From Octopus vulgaris (Eukaryota): a stretch of DNA of 64,000 bases. Of the stretch, positions 1 to 13,159 are shown piece after piece. Both the position numbers and the translations under genes were made by a program. The first letter of the stretch is position 1; every line of letters begins with the position of its first letter. Location: NCBI GenBank assembly GCA_951406725.2, contig OX597815.1, positions 132,060,001 to 132,124,000 on the forward strand, given 5' to 3'. A model generated the notes under the pieces. That model was not told the DNA's origin. It did no database searches and saw only the letters and a program-made list of their open reading frames with translations.

Positions 1-1358
1 TCTCTTGTTAATGGATATAATCTTGTGCTAGTTAATATTTTTCTGCGATTTAGGTTGCATTTTGCCTTTGATAATTTTGTTTGACCTTAATATTTTGTTG
101 TTTTATCTCCTGTGAGGATGGGAAGATTTTGGGTGATAATGTTGAAGGCTTCGTTGTTTCTAGGGTTATGTGTGGAGATGTACGGGAGTATTATTAAGTC
201 TGGTTTAGTACTTCAGTTGGCTTCCCTTAATGTTTGTATATCTATTTCCTTAGCTCGTTTGATGCCATCATTTTTTAGGGATATTGGGTAAGGGTAAAGA
301 CCCCCTTCGGTCATGAATGACCATGGGATTGCACCTAGAAAGTTACCCTCCTAGACACAAGTCTAGGCAAGGTTGTTTATGGAAGACCAGCAGTCGCCCA
401 TGCATACCAGCCTCTCTCCACACCACCAGTGTTATCCAAGGGAAAGACAAAGGTCGATACAGCTTGGCACCAGTGACGTCGCAACTCATTTCTACAGCTG
501 AGTGAACTGGAGCAACGTGAAATAAAGTGTCTTGCTTAAGAATACAACACGCAGCCCGGTCCGGGATTCGAGCTCACAACCTCACGATCTTAAGCTCGAC
601 GCTCTAACCACTGAGCCATGCGCCTTCACGGGATATTGGGTAATGTCTTTTAATTAGTATTGATCTAAATTCAAGGAGTCTTTGTTCACGAGTGTAGGTG
701 TCAGAAACAATGGTACAGATTCTTTTCGCTAGATTATAAGGTATATTAATTTTTATGTGTTTGGAGTGGCATGAGTTAAATAGTAGGTATTGTTTAGAAT
801 CTGTAGGTTTATAAAAGATGTCTGTTTCTATGTAGTTATTGACTATTTTAATTAGGATGTCAAGAAAAGGGAGTTGCTTACTGTTGTGTTCCATGGTGAA
901 TTATATGTTGCTATTAATATTGTTAAGCATTATTTTGAAATAGAGGAGTTTGTCCATGCTGTCTTTCCAAACTAGAAAGCAATCATCCAAATACCTCTTC
1001 CAGTTCTCTTTTAAATAGCGATGAAATGAGGTGCCATATTTTTGTTATGATGATTGATATAACTTAAGCTCTAGGTAACCCATTACAAGGTTCGCAATCA
1101 CTGGAGCAGCTCGGGTTCCAATTGCAATCCCACATTTTTGTCGATGGTAAACTGTATCGAACATGAAATAGTCGTTCAGTAGGATGAATTTGAGTTCTGC
1201 GATTATGAATCAGTGGTTAATGTGTCCTGGGATCTCTTCTGGGTATTTTTCTAGCCAGAAGGTGATGACCTCTATACCATAGTCATGTGGGATATTGATG
1301 TACGAATTCACCACATCGAATGATACTAACAGGGTTCTTTCAGTTACTGTCTTCGGGT
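1..1358 (-). mobile_element. Penelope-like retroelement (PLE) fragment, decayed RT, interrupted by a SINE
   Basis: Minus-strand peptides PKTVTERTLLVSFDVVN..NIPHDYG (ORF 1210-1392), KRYLDDCF (~975-1000) and QLPFLDI..ETDIFYKPTDSKQYLLFNSCH..NIPYNLAKRICTIV (ORF 604-894) are typical of PLE RT. Stops and frameshifts are present, and the element runs off the window start. Confidence 0.9.
292..629 (-). mobile_element. tRNA-derived CORE-type SINE (family A), full length with 14-bp TSD
   Basis: Minus-strand head has box A TGGCTCAGTGG and box B-like GCTCGAATCC, followed by CORE-like TTAAGCAAGACACTT..CTGTAGAAATGAG. Direct repeat GGGATATTGGGTAA flanks it at 278-291 and 630-643. Confidence 0.9.
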
Positions 1359-1549
1359 CTTCTATAACATATACATCCCATACACCATTCACATTACAGA
1401 TCTATATCTACCCTAATTGCACCAAATCCAGAACTACCTACCTATGGCAACAGACGCTATGAAAAACCGATGAATAAAAAGGAAGTTACTCTAATAGGTA
1501 AAAACAAGAAACACAATAAAAGATATAAAATACATTATTTTGTTATTAG

Positions 1550-1607
<58 letters not shown>

Positions 1608-2127
1608 GGCATTTATGTATAGTAATGCCCTTAATATAAATAAATATATTTAAAGGGAATAATAAATTTTTCCCTTATGAGGTTTTTTTTCACGCTAACC
1701 ACTCATTTACTTATTTATTTTCCTAAAATGTTCGTTGCGTCTTGCAACCGGTAAATTATAAGGCACTAAAGGTGAATTACTCTCGCCGGACACAACAGAA
1801 TATGCTTCAACACACGAACTCACATAAAGAATCTTGCAAACCAAATCCGAAAACGAGACAATATTTGTTTATGAAAAACATTTATTTCTTTTGGAGAGTC
1901 GGATTTATTACATTGTATAGACCCTCATATTAGGAATGGCGTTTTATCTTTTTTTCTAGTTGGTTTGATGTATTTCTATGCTTGTGATTTATCCAAGACT
2001 CAAGTGCTTCAAAATATTTCAGTATATGTAGAGGCAAAATTTATGTTTCATTACATTCGTGATATCAATTTTTAGTTGGATACATGTTTAGTATATTTCC
2101 ATATGCAGTTCTATATTTAAGAGATGA

Positions 2128-2628
2128 GGAATTATTTACATTATTTACATTATTTTCATTTGACAGATATTTGTCCTCATCTTGTTTGTTGTTAACACAA
2201 CGTTTGGGCTGATATCCCCTCCAGCCCTTATCAGGTGTCTTGGGAAAATTTCGAATCTGGGTTCTTATTCCTAAGGTACTTTTCGATGTTATTATTATTG
2301 GCGGGCTGGCTGAAACGTCAGCAAGCCGGGCGAAATGCTTAACGGTATTTCGTCTGCCGCTACGACCTGAGTTCAAATTCCGCCGAGGTCGACTCTGCCT
2401 TTCATCCTTTTGGGGTCAATTAAATAAGTACCAGTTACGCACTGGGATCGATATAATCGACTTAATCCGTTTGTCTGTCCTTGTTTGTCCTCTTTGTGTT
2501 TAGCTCCTTGTGGGTAGTAAAGAAATAGGTATTTCGTCTGTCTTTACGTTCTGAGTTCAAATTCGACCGAAGTCGACTTTGCTTTTCATCCTTTCGTTTA
2601 GTTCCCAGTGGGAAAAAAGGAAATAAAA

Positions 2629-2664
<36 letters not shown>

Positions 2665-2822
2665 TATATAAAAAAAAAACCTTAGGAATGAGAATCCAGG
2701 TTCGAAATGTTTCCAGAAGACAGCTGATGAAGGCGGGAGGGTATATCAGCCGAAACATTGCATTAACAACAAATAAGATAAGGACAGATATCCGTCAATT
2801 GTAAATAATGTAAATAATTTCC
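2128..2822. repeat. ~145-bp inverted repeat pair (2128-2277 / 2679-2822), each arm with a degenerate HHR motif; probably PLE-derived termini
   Basis: The arms are reverse complements. The right arm reads CTGATGA-AGGCGG..CAGCC-GAAAC (2724-2756). The left arm on the minus strand reads GACAC-CTGATAA-GGGCTG..CAGCC-CAAAC-GTT-GTGTT. Confidence 0.75.
2300..2594 (+). mobile_element. tRNA-derived SINE (family B) with internally duplicated box-B module
   Basis: GGCGG..CTGGCTGAAACG..GAGTTCAAATTCCGCCGAGGTCGACT..CCTTTCATCC, with the module repeated at ~2528-2594. The same family recurs many times in the window. Confidence 0.85.
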
Positions 2823-2956
2823 ATATGTGTTTGTGTGTGATGAGAGATTTTGGCCAAGATGTGATTTTATTTGTGTCTTTGGGAGTATGTGGTGCGTAAT
2901 ATGTCAAATTTGGAGTGACTGCTTGGGGATCGACTCATTGACAACATCGTTCCTGT

Positions 2957-3285
2957 ATGAGAGAGAGAGAGAGAAAGAATGTGTATGTGTGTGAGTGTGT
3001 GTGTTTGTATTTGTATGTGTGTGTGAGCGCGTGTGTGCAAATGCGTGAGTGGCATTGTTTTGTTCTGTGTATGTGTATGTGTGTGCGTGCGCGTGTGCGA
3101 GTGTGTGTGTATGTACGTGCGTATGTGCATGTGTGTGTGTATCTGTGTGTGCGTGTGTGTGTTTGCATATGTATGTGTATGTATGAGTGTGCGCGCGTGT
3201 GTGCGTGTGTGTGTATGTCTATGTGTGTGCGTGCGTGTGTATGTGTATGTGTTTGCACGCGCGCGTGTGTGTGTGTGTATGCAAA
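2957..3285. repeat. Compound (GA)n/(GT)n microsatellite
   Basis: Visible dinucleotide tract. Confidence 0.95.
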
Positions 3286-3399
3286 TGCACAAGTATCATT
3301 GTTTTGCTCTGTTTAGATCATTTATTTCTGAGTTCGCAACGTGACAATTTCTCATTTCTTTTGCACAGCAGGTTTGTGCTTTTTGTGATTATCTTGTCT

Positions 3400-3557
3400 T
3401 TTCGTCCCCGTCATCTAGCGGTTCGGCAAAAGAAACCGATAGAATAAGTACTAGGCTTACAAAGACTATGTCCTGGGGTCGATTTGCTCGACTAAAGGCG
3501 GTGCTCCAACATGGCCACAGTCAAATGACTGAAACAAGTAAAAGAGTAAAAGAGTAA
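3400..3557 (+). mobile_element. SINE family C, 3' part
   Basis: GCGGTTCGGCAAAAGAAACCGATAGAATAAGTACTAGGC..GAAACAAGTAAAAGAGTAAAAGAGTAA is the reverse complement of the copies at 14331 and 17030. Confidence 0.85.
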
Positions 3558-4589
3558 CGATATACATGGTTAAACTCCGAAAGCATTTACATACAATGGT
3601 AAACAGTTCTTGACAACCTATATATATGCGTGTGACTTTGTTGTTTCTTTTTAATCCAAGATATGCTAATAGTGTGCGTGTTTGTGGACTGGCCAGTTAC
3701 ATTTCAATGCTCAAATAATTCAGTTGATTGCACTCTTGAATCATCCTAGCCGAAACCGAAGGTGATCCGTGTATCCACATGTGTGTGTGTGCGTATATAT
3801 GTATGTATGCATGTGTGTGTATAATCATGTATTGTAATTTTAGAATTGTATTAGAAGATGCATGAGTACATTGTAATTGCATGTATATTATTCAACGCAC
3901 GATTTTATGATATTTTTCCAACTTGGATGTCCATGGAAACTCTATAAAAAGATGTTTCAATCTTAAAGACACCAAGAAAATATTATTAAAATGATTCCGC
4001 TTCCCTCAGTGCTAAGAATTTTAATAACTATATACCAGCCTTATGAATATTTGAATTAAACTAATCTAACACTGAGCGTTACTCTAATAGGTCATATCGC
4101 TTGGTATTTCATCACAGGAAAATTTATAAAATATTTACTTGTAATTCTGGAATCTTTTACTTATATTATTATTTATTTCAATAAAGTATTTCTAGAATAT
4201 TTTGTTAATTAGTAATAGGAAATAATTTTAAAAGGATGTAAAGCGTTACTTCGATTCAATAAACTTAACCTTTACATAATTTAAACAGATCATTGATACG
4301 GATTCACACTGATGGCTTTGATTTCGGCACAATACCAGCAATTTCGAAAGTTGGGAATTAGTCTACACCATAGACCTTCAGTAGTTAAATTGTACTTTAT
4401 TTCATCGACTCCCACAAAGATAAACATTCAATTAATCACAAAGGATCTCAAACCAGAATGTAAAAGACCAGAAGAAATACGCTCTGTTTATTCTGCGAGG
4501 ACAATTACCCAACTTAATGAATCCTTAATAATAATGATACACTTTCGACTCTATAAGTGTTTTATATACATACATACATACATACATGC

Positions 4590-4636
<47 letters not shown>

Positions 4637-4640
<4 letters not shown>

Positions 4641-5176
4641 AAACAAGTCAAGATAGAAAATGCTAAATTAATTTTATAAAGAAAATTTCAGTACCGGTTT
4701 CGGTCATTTTCAGACCTTTTCAACTGTAACGATTAAATAATTAAATTTAGAAAAATTAAAAGAAAAGTTTTTTTAAAGGAATATTTGTATAGTGTTCAAA
4801 TATAAGTGGCATTTTCCTTGTGTCTGCCTTTCTCTGTCTCTCTTGTTTACACTTGTGTGTTCGAGGTCGTTGTGAATTCTTGGTAGGGTAGAAGAAGAAG
4901 AAGGAGAAGGATGATGAGGAGAAGGGGTGGGAAAATTTGGGAGTGCCTTGATTGTCGTATTTTGAATGGTCAGTGGCGGCTAGCAGTTGCAGTTCAATTC
5001 ATGACAATATTTCTATTGAAAGGTTTGTTTATAGAATTTGCGTAGGTGTTATACTAAAAAGCATTAGTGATAAAGTTAAGAAGTAGAAGGTGGAGCAGAA
5101 GAAGAAGAAGAAGATGATGATGATGATGTTGATGATGATGATGACGATGTTGATGATGAAGAAGAAGAAGAAGATG

Positions 5177-5207
<31 letters not shown>

Positions 5208-5340
5208 CGATGATGATGATGATGAAGAGGAAGAAGAAGAAGAAAGAGAAGGGAGAATATGAATGAGTGGAAGTAGTGAGGTGTTGTATGACTTGAAGTT
5301 GGCACGTTATGGGTTATAGCTGTGATTGGGGCTGATTTAT
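4637..5340 (-). mobile_element. PLE 3' tail (pLTR) in inverted orientation upstream of the PLE at 5740
   Basis: 4637-4845 is a diverged reverse complement of ~8240-8460 (shared GAAACCGGTAC and GGAAAATGCC blocks). Its (GAA/GAT)n mirrors the (TTC)n at 8085. It ends at a (TA)n tract. Confidence 0.7.
4686..4729 (-). ncRNA. Minimal type I hammerhead ribozyme, U3-A8 core variant
   Basis: Minus strand reads UUACAG-UUGAAAA-GGUC-UGAAAAU-GACC-GAAA-CCGG-UA-CUGAAA: stem I, stem II with G10.1-C11.1, GAAA, palindromic stem III ACCGGU and a GUA triplet. Confidence 0.75.
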
Positions 5341-5430
5341 AACGGATTCTTTGGAATGTAATATTTGCGTGTGTATTTGTGTTATTTTAAAGCTGAGGTG
5401 TATATATCGTTTGTCGTATACACACACACT

Positions 5431-5473
<43 letters not shown>

Positions 5474-5739
5474 GTATGTATGTATGTATGTATATATGAA
5501 TGAATATATATATATGAGGGGTTTGAGTATCAATAAGACCCAAAAGCCTGTGTAAGAGTTACGGAAAGACCGCAGTTAGACTCCATTTGATAATAGTATG
5601 AGTGATGAATCTAACACGGGTCGTGTCTGAGCGTGTGTTTATTAAATATAATGAGACAACAAAGCCAAAACAGTGTGAAATTTCTAGTACATTTATAAAT
5701 GTCCAGGGAATTTCACACTGCTTTAGCTTTGTTGTCACA

Positions 5740-8460
5740 GGAACTAAAAGTGATAAAAATCCTCAATCTCCCAAAGAACTAACAGCAAAGTAAATCATTA
5801 TACTCTCCAAAGGGCTCAAGTTTACACCCCCTCCAATGCCCCAGCTACAAGGAAATGAAAGAAGACGTCATGGAATTCTGTTGAAAATTACGACTCGCTG
5901 AGGAGCTATACGACAAATACAACGAGGACGAATTGTTAGTCCGAAATAGAAGTAACTACACCCTTCAAAAAGTAAGGACAAAACTCTTGACCATTTTTGT
6001 GAATACATCTTGAATTACCCATATCAACATATACGCAAACAAAAACACAAGCCAAACTTCAGCAAAAAGAATGGGCTCAGCTGAACAAATTAAAAGATGA
6101 TAAAACAATAACAATCTAAGAAACCGATAAAGGGAGTGCAGTTGTCTTAAAGGATACGGTATACTATATCACTCTAGTACTATCCATATTAGAAGACACA
6201 ACATATTAGGAAAAGTCCAACACTACAGTCAGCAGAAAATAATGAGAAACCTAAAATCTATGTTACACATATACACAGAATGACTCCCTACTCCTAATGA
6301 CCTCAAATTGAGACTTATAATAGCAGGGCCCGCATGCGAAACCCACCGCTTCAGTAACATTTTAGATACCCTCTTAAAGCCATTTCTTAAGCATATCAAA
6401 AGCTACATAAGGGACGACCTGGATATGCTCAATCACCTCCCTAAAACAATAAATAGAAACATCCTACTAGTATCCTTCGATGTAGTCAACCTATATTCTA
6501 ATATCCCACCACAGCCTAGGAATAGAGGCAATTCAGTTCTTGCTAGAGAAATACGCCAAGGAACTCCCACATCGCATCAAAAAAGAATTCGTAATAGAAG
6601 GGCTAAAATTCATCTTGGAGAATAACTACTTTGTCTTCAAAGACAACTTCTATCGACAAAAATCGGGGACTGCGATGGGAAAGAGAATGGCCCCCTCCTT
6701 TGCTAAGGTAGTCATGGGATATCTAGAAATCAGTCATTATCGTAAGGTACTAGAAAGATACGGCAGCCCATTCCCCCTCTACATAAAAATAACTGGAAGA
6801 GATACCAGGATGACTTTTTCAGTCTTTGGCATGAATGTATAGAGAGACTTACAGAATTTCAAGCTCTTATAAATGGACTTGATGTAAACATTCAATTCAC
6901 GATGGAATATAACCGTTAACAACTTCATTTCCTCGACATCCACATTAAGAAATGTAACAACGAAATAGAAACAGATATATACTATAAGCCCACGGATTCC
7001 AAGCAATGTCTACCGTTCAAATCATGCCACCCCAGACATACCTAGAATTAATACCCCACTCAACCTGGCAAAAAGGATTTGTACTATAGTTTCTTATACA
7101 AGCACCAGCGACTTTCGACTACATGAACTAAAGGATACACTCATCACCAGGGACTACCCCCCACCCATCACTAGTTGATATATATACTTTCAACGTGCCC
7201 TACAACTATACATCCACGAACTCAGACATCCCAAATTAAAGAAGGATCTACAACCAAAAGTCCTACTATACATCCGCACACACAATCCTCTCAACAATGA
7301 AGCCTTTGACACCATCCTCCAAAACATTCCCCGACTAAAAAGGGACCACAGAATGAATTTAATCCTCCAAACGCACACAATCATAAAGACCAAAAGACAG
7401 CCCAAATCTATGAAAAATCTCCTAACCAAGCCCGAATACGCTCAACAACAAAAATGAAGCCGTCAGTAAAAAAATGCGGAAGTCCTAACTGTGGTATATG
7501 CGTCAACCTAATTGAGGTATCAGAGTTCTCTTTCAAACAGGATCAACATTTCACAGTGAACAGCAACTTCACATGTGCTTCGGAGAACCTGATATATGTA
7601 TTAATTGCTCAGGGTGTCGTGAGCAATACATAGGTCAAACCCAAAAACAGTCTACATCAAAGGGTGGCTCTGCACCGATCCCAGATAAAAATTCTGAAAA
7701 ACAGAAAAATAGCATTTAGCGAACACATCCACATTTGCGCCAATAACAAACAACACAGCTTCAGAATTTTCCCCTCTATCAATTCAAGGACGATACAACC
7801 TGTAGTCAGCGCATTAATAAAGAGTCCTTTTTTATCACAAAATATAAACCCCTTTGGAATGCATCCACCACAAATGACCTTAATCACCAGGGCCTTAGAA
7901 TAACACACACGCAAATATTTGAAAAAGATATATTCAAAACAGAAACTTCACATAAATTTATTCAGAAAAATTCCAATCACTACCACTACAACCACGACAG
8001 GTCACATTTAGGTCACTTGACCAGTTAAGAGGATTCCACCAACGTCCTGCTACTGTCATAACTCTCACGAATCTTTATTATTCTTTTCTTCTTCTTCTTC
8101 TTCTTCTTCTTCTTCTTCTTCTTCTTCTTCTTCTTCTTCTTCTTCTCCACCTCCTTTCTCTACTACTACTGCTGCTTAAACAATATCAAGAATTCATATC
8201 AAACTAGCTACTGCTAACTACCTAGAACCCACAAAAAAAAAAGAGACAGAGACAGGTAGAAAAAGGAAAATGCCCCGAGCATTTGAAAACTATGGAAATA
8301 TTTTTTTAAAACATGTAATTTAATTTTTCCAAAATTTAATTGTTTTTCCTACATTACTCTGAGTTGAAATAGTAAGTCGCCAAGTCTGAAACCGGTACTA
8401 AAATGTTTTTCATGATAAAATTATTTTAGTATTTTCTACCTTGTCTTATTTTCCTTATGT
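5740..8460 (+). mobile_element. Penelope-like retroelement, near full length, decayed (RT + GIY-YIG + 3' tail)
   Basis: RT peptides RLIIAGPACETHRFSNILD..LLVSFDVVNLYSNIP and NYFVFKDNFYRQKSGTAMG; KCGSPNCGICV plus ENLIYVL..QYIGQT (GIY-YIG, ~7470-7640). Many frameshifts. The tail carries TTGAAAT..GAAACCGGTA (~8364-8397) and ends in (TA)n. Confidence 0.92.
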
Positions 8461-8475
8461 ATATATATATATATT

Positions 8476-8848
8476 GTGACATTCCATCGGTTACGACCAT
8501 GAAGGTTCCAGCTGATCCGATCAACGGAACAGCCTGCTCGTGAAATTAACGTGCAAGTGGCTGAGCACTCCACAGACACTATACACTTAACGTAATTCTC
8601 GGTCAGATTCAGCGTGACACAGAGTGTGATAGGCTGGCCCTTTCAAATAAAGGTACAACAGAAACAGAAAGAAAGAGTGATAGAAAGTTGTGGTGAAAGA
8701 GTACAGCAAGGTTCGCCACCACCACCAGCTGCAAGAGCGTCGTGGAGCTTTAAGTGTTTTCGCTCAATAAACACTCCCAACGTCCAGTCTTGGAATCGAA
8801 ACTGCGATCCTACGATCACAAGGCCGCTGCCCTAACCACTGGGCCAAT
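8476..8848 (-). mobile_element. tRNA-derived SINE (family D)
   Basis: Minus-strand head TGGCCCAGTGGTTAGG..TTCGATTCC. Its tail GATCCGATCAACGGAACAGCCTGCTCGTG is shared with the copies at 31000 and 60795. Confidence 0.85.
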
Positions 8849-9692
8849 AACGTTTTCCCTTACTCCTCATTGTATATGAAAGCTGAACGAAAACCAATTC
8901 AAGTAAATCAGCAAAAATATCTTAATTTTTAGATTACATTGTCATTTGTTTTTGGTTTAGCTTACAGCTGAGTTACGATAGTGGTGGAAAAGTGCTAAGA
9001 TTTGCAGTTTAAATTTAGATTCCGAATTAGTATGATTTCTTTCATTATAAAATTTCCTCTAGCATTTATGAAATACTACTATGAATATTTAAATTAAAAT
9101 TACCATATCAGATTTAAACAATTCACACATGGTTTGAATAAATATTCGTCTCGGCTGATAATAAACCGAGCTAACTTTCCCAATATTTACCCGCACGCTT
9201 ACATCTTGTTTCTATTATTAAAAATACACCCTTCGCTAGTTTCTTTTGAAATGTTTAGACACCCAACACTGAAGCAAAGTTTAGTGGGATATGAGAATTT
9301 GTTTAAAAAGATACAACAGAACAATTAAAGAAAGTTGCAAATAATTTTAAATCCTAAGTGAAGCAACCTCTCTAGAAATAACCCACATTTATATATTTCT
9401 TCTGCAAAAAAATATATATTTCTTCTGTTTTATGGTTTTTATTATAAATAGGTGTTAAATACGATTTTACGTATGATGATTGCACAGAATAAAGTTTTCC
9501 TTATATTACATTGTTTTAATCAATTTTAATTTGCATTTCACTTTTGTCCGCTTTTGTTTTTGTTAAATGTCCTTAAATCCTTGTTAATTCGCTGCTTAAG
9601 TGTAATTAAACTTGCTGATGTGAAATATGTCGTCTACCTATTTATCAATCTATCTAGTTATCTATTTCTCTCTATCTCTATCTCTCTCTTTC

Positions 9693-9745
<53 letters not shown>

Positions 9746-10419
9746 CAAAAAGGAGATGTGGAACACGAGTTCTCTGGAGCCTATTTTCTTACCTCAACAC
9801 CAACTTCCATTCAAACATTCACGTGACCCCTTTATAATGACCAATCAAAATTGTATTGACCATTGTCCACAATAAATTTTAGGCGCAAAACCAAGCAAAT
9901 CTTAAACAATTCTGGAGCCTCTTTTTTCACATATAAGAGACAGCAAACGCAACATAAAGTCAGATAATAGAAAAAAATCTATCAGAAAGGAACTCTATCT
10001 CTCTTTAAAAAATATCTTTTGATAAGCATAACAAATGCGCAACCGGTAAAAAGAACTTTCACCTAATTAAATACACTCTCCCTTACTTAAATTATTTTGT
10101 CAGCATTTTCTTCATTTTATAGATATATATATATATATATATATATAGGGGGGGAGTGAAAGAGAGTGAGATATATAAACATACATGATGGAATCTCCCA
10201 TCGAAAACAACATAAAATAAATAAAAATATTTTGTAACATAAATCCTCCAAATAAAGCACCCATGCATAAAACCATCATTGATATAATAATATATAAATC
10301 CTCATCCTCTATATTTTCATATACTCCACTTTTTTACATCTCCTTCAACACCTTCAGAAATGAATAGTTTATAGTGATCAAATATATGTGCTGTACATTT
10401 GCTCACTCCCTATATCAAA

Positions 10420-10595
10420 TCAACGCTGGCTGAACAGGTGCGCATCGTGCCTCACCTCGGGTGTCGAAGTGATCGCAGAGCAGCGTGAGATGAATTTTTT
10501 TGCGGATGAATGCAACGCACAACCCGGTTCAGGAATTAACATCGTGCTATTGCGATCGCGAGGGGACCATCCTAACCACTTTGTCATGCTCCCCG
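10420..10595 (-). mobile_element. Degenerate tRNA-derived SINE head and body
   Basis: Minus strand AGTGGTTAGG..ATTCCTGAACCGGGTTGTGCGTTG..TCATCTCACGCTGCTCTG resembles families A and D. Confidence 0.6.
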
Positions 10596-12422
10596 ATATG
10601 CATACATATTTACATGTATGTAAGTATACATGTGTGTGTGTGTTGTTCTCTTATATGTAAGTATACATTTTTGTAAATCTTGTACGACTATATTTCTGTC
10701 TATCAGTCCGTTCATGATTATTAGTTTATTCCACTTTTCTTTCTTTCGTCCCCGCTCTCACGTTTCTTTGCCTTATCTTGTTGCTCACTATCCCTCCACT
10801 TTTCACTTCACTGTGTCTCTGTCATTTTTTCCCGCCTCTCCTTAATTCTTCTGTACTCTGCTTCTACTTCTCTTTCTTCTCTTCCCACGTGCCAAGCCTC
10901 ATCTTTCTTTCCTGGTCTGGCCGTTGTCTGTGCAACATCGATATTCCTCCCTGTGTTTGTGAAATCTCTTATCCCTGCCGTAAGGCTTCATTTCCACACA
11001 CACCAGCTTAATTTAATTCGTCCTTACTCGAAAGACGCCTGTTGTTATGTCCTTTTATTAATTTTACTGTATTTGTGTAACACTGTTTTTTCTGTCCTTT
11101 TTTTGTATAAATTTGCTGCTTTCTTCCAAGAAATTTAATGTTCTTAGCTTAGTTTTTCCTAGGCTGGGGTTGGGCAGATTGGAGCAATCTCAAGCATAAT
11201 CAGCCAAAATTGCGAAGATAATCTGATACTTGACTGCGGAAAGAAAACTTCCAATGACCCGTCCTTGTTTTCTTTGTATCGTCTATCTGGATGTTTTATT
11301 GTCCCATTTTGTATTATATATATATATATATGACCAAAACCCAAAGTCCCAAAATAAACCGGAATTAATACAACCACTACCACAAAACTAACAACTGTTA
11401 CTTTAAGAGCACGTGTGTTCGAAAATGTTTAATGAAAGAGCTCGCACACCAGAAAAATCCTCCGCCCCACAACAGGTTAGTAACGTTCTCATTTTCATGA
11501 CATTTTATTTTTTAATAATTTCTTTAGAAACTTTATTAAGTAATCCTCAAAAACTCAGCTGATAGGTTAATAGATTCCTAAATTAAATAATATAGAAATA
11601 GTTTCCAAATAAAAAGGAAATTTCAATACTTCCTGAAATACTGATTCAGTAAATGCCATAATGCACGTTTCGATTGTCTATCATAAACATTTATCATAAT
11701 AATTGTATTCCACATCTTTAATATAATTTGACTCATGGGACACAGACATATCTGGATATTCTTAAAAATTAAAATAAATTCGCGTTGCATTATGATAATG
11801 CATAAATTACATGAAACACGAAAGGAAGGAAATACACCTCAGATCCATCTAAATTTTCAGCAGTTATACATGATAAATACTAAGACATCTGAGCAAGGAG
11901 CAAAGCGACAATGGGCATAATGAAAATGTACGAAGATCAATGTATTCAACTGAAAAATAATATGGCCACAAATGCACAAATACATCTCAAGAATTTTTCC
12001 ATTTTGGAGCATGATTATAAATAACAATGAAGTAGAAGTATGTGAACGTTGGCCGAACTCAGCAGCGGTAGTTCTTCCACAAAAATTATTAAGAAAAAAA
12101 TTCCAAAAAAATTTGAACGACAAATGCGTATTAGGGCAATTTGTGATCAGACGAATGGATTCGGAAATAAAAATGCGAAAATTTGAGAACATGATCCAAA
12201 GTTCAAATCGATTGATGGATGAATGAACATGGCATTCATTGAAATGGCGAAAGTATTACTTTCCGAAAATGTTTCAAATCGTGGAAGGAGAAATATTAAC
12301 CTAAAGAATCGAACTATCTTCAACATTGAGGGCCTAAAACAAAATAGGCTCCACATCTAAGAGCTTGAATTAAAAATAAAACAATTCCAACTGCCTTCGA
12401 TTGTGAAAACATAAGTGAATAC

Positions 12423-12528
12423 CTTAACAGGTAAGCATGACTGTATGACGTAAGACTGTATGACGTAAGCATGACGTAAGCATGACTGTATGACGTCATA
12501 CAGGTTAAGCATGACTGTATGACGTAAG
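12423..12528. repeat. Short tandem repeat of unit ~AAGCATGACTGTATGACGT
   Basis: About 5 imperfect copies are visible. Confidence 0.85.
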
Positions 12529-13159
12529 ATCGATTTCAAATGTTAAAGTAAATTGTTTTAAATCGATAACCAGGAGCAACCTATGTATTAGAAATGTATC
12601 AGAGAGAAGAAATGATTTTCAGTACAAAATTATCAGCGTTTTCTCATCAATGAGTGAGACGTGTTGAAATATTTTAAAAACCACAAATTGAAAGAAAGAA
12701 AAACATTGATTGTCGTCTAAAGATAGAATCCAAAAGTACTTTTAATAATTTTAGACAGAAAAATCACACTCGAAGCTGTAGGAGTGGAGGTAGAAATGCC
12801 AACAATTTTAAACTACGCAATTAAGGTAACTGCTTTTTAGAACATGTTCAGACGAACAGAGATACCTTGAGCGACTAAATAAGCTGTAAAAAAAACCCAA
12901 TTGAAATAGAATATATACTTAAAACAAAACTAAGAAATGCCACGTAGCAACTCAGTATACCAACAAAAGATACCAAAATAAAATATACCTTATATATAAT
13001 TGTAAGGAAATTAAAAACGGCTTTCAGAACTGTAGCGTGAGGCTCGAAGAAAATTACTTGACAAGAATAATTATGATGAATTGTTAGGCACAGAAGAGAC
13101 TATTGTTAAGCAAAAAAGTAGGAATAAAACACCAGATAATTCTTGTTCCAAAATTAAAT

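Noticed and set aside
1715-1752. Hairpin GTTGC-GTCTT-GCAAC as an HHR stem II
   Set aside because: The core strand is missing, so it cannot be called from this copy alone.
10900-11320. Repeat-like segment before (TA)n, possibly a PLE tail
   Set aside because: There is no second copy in the window and no convincing HHR or ORF, so it is left unclassified.
12423-12528. CRISPR-like array
   Set aside because: The units are contiguous with no unique spacers, there are no cas genes, and the context is eukaryotic.
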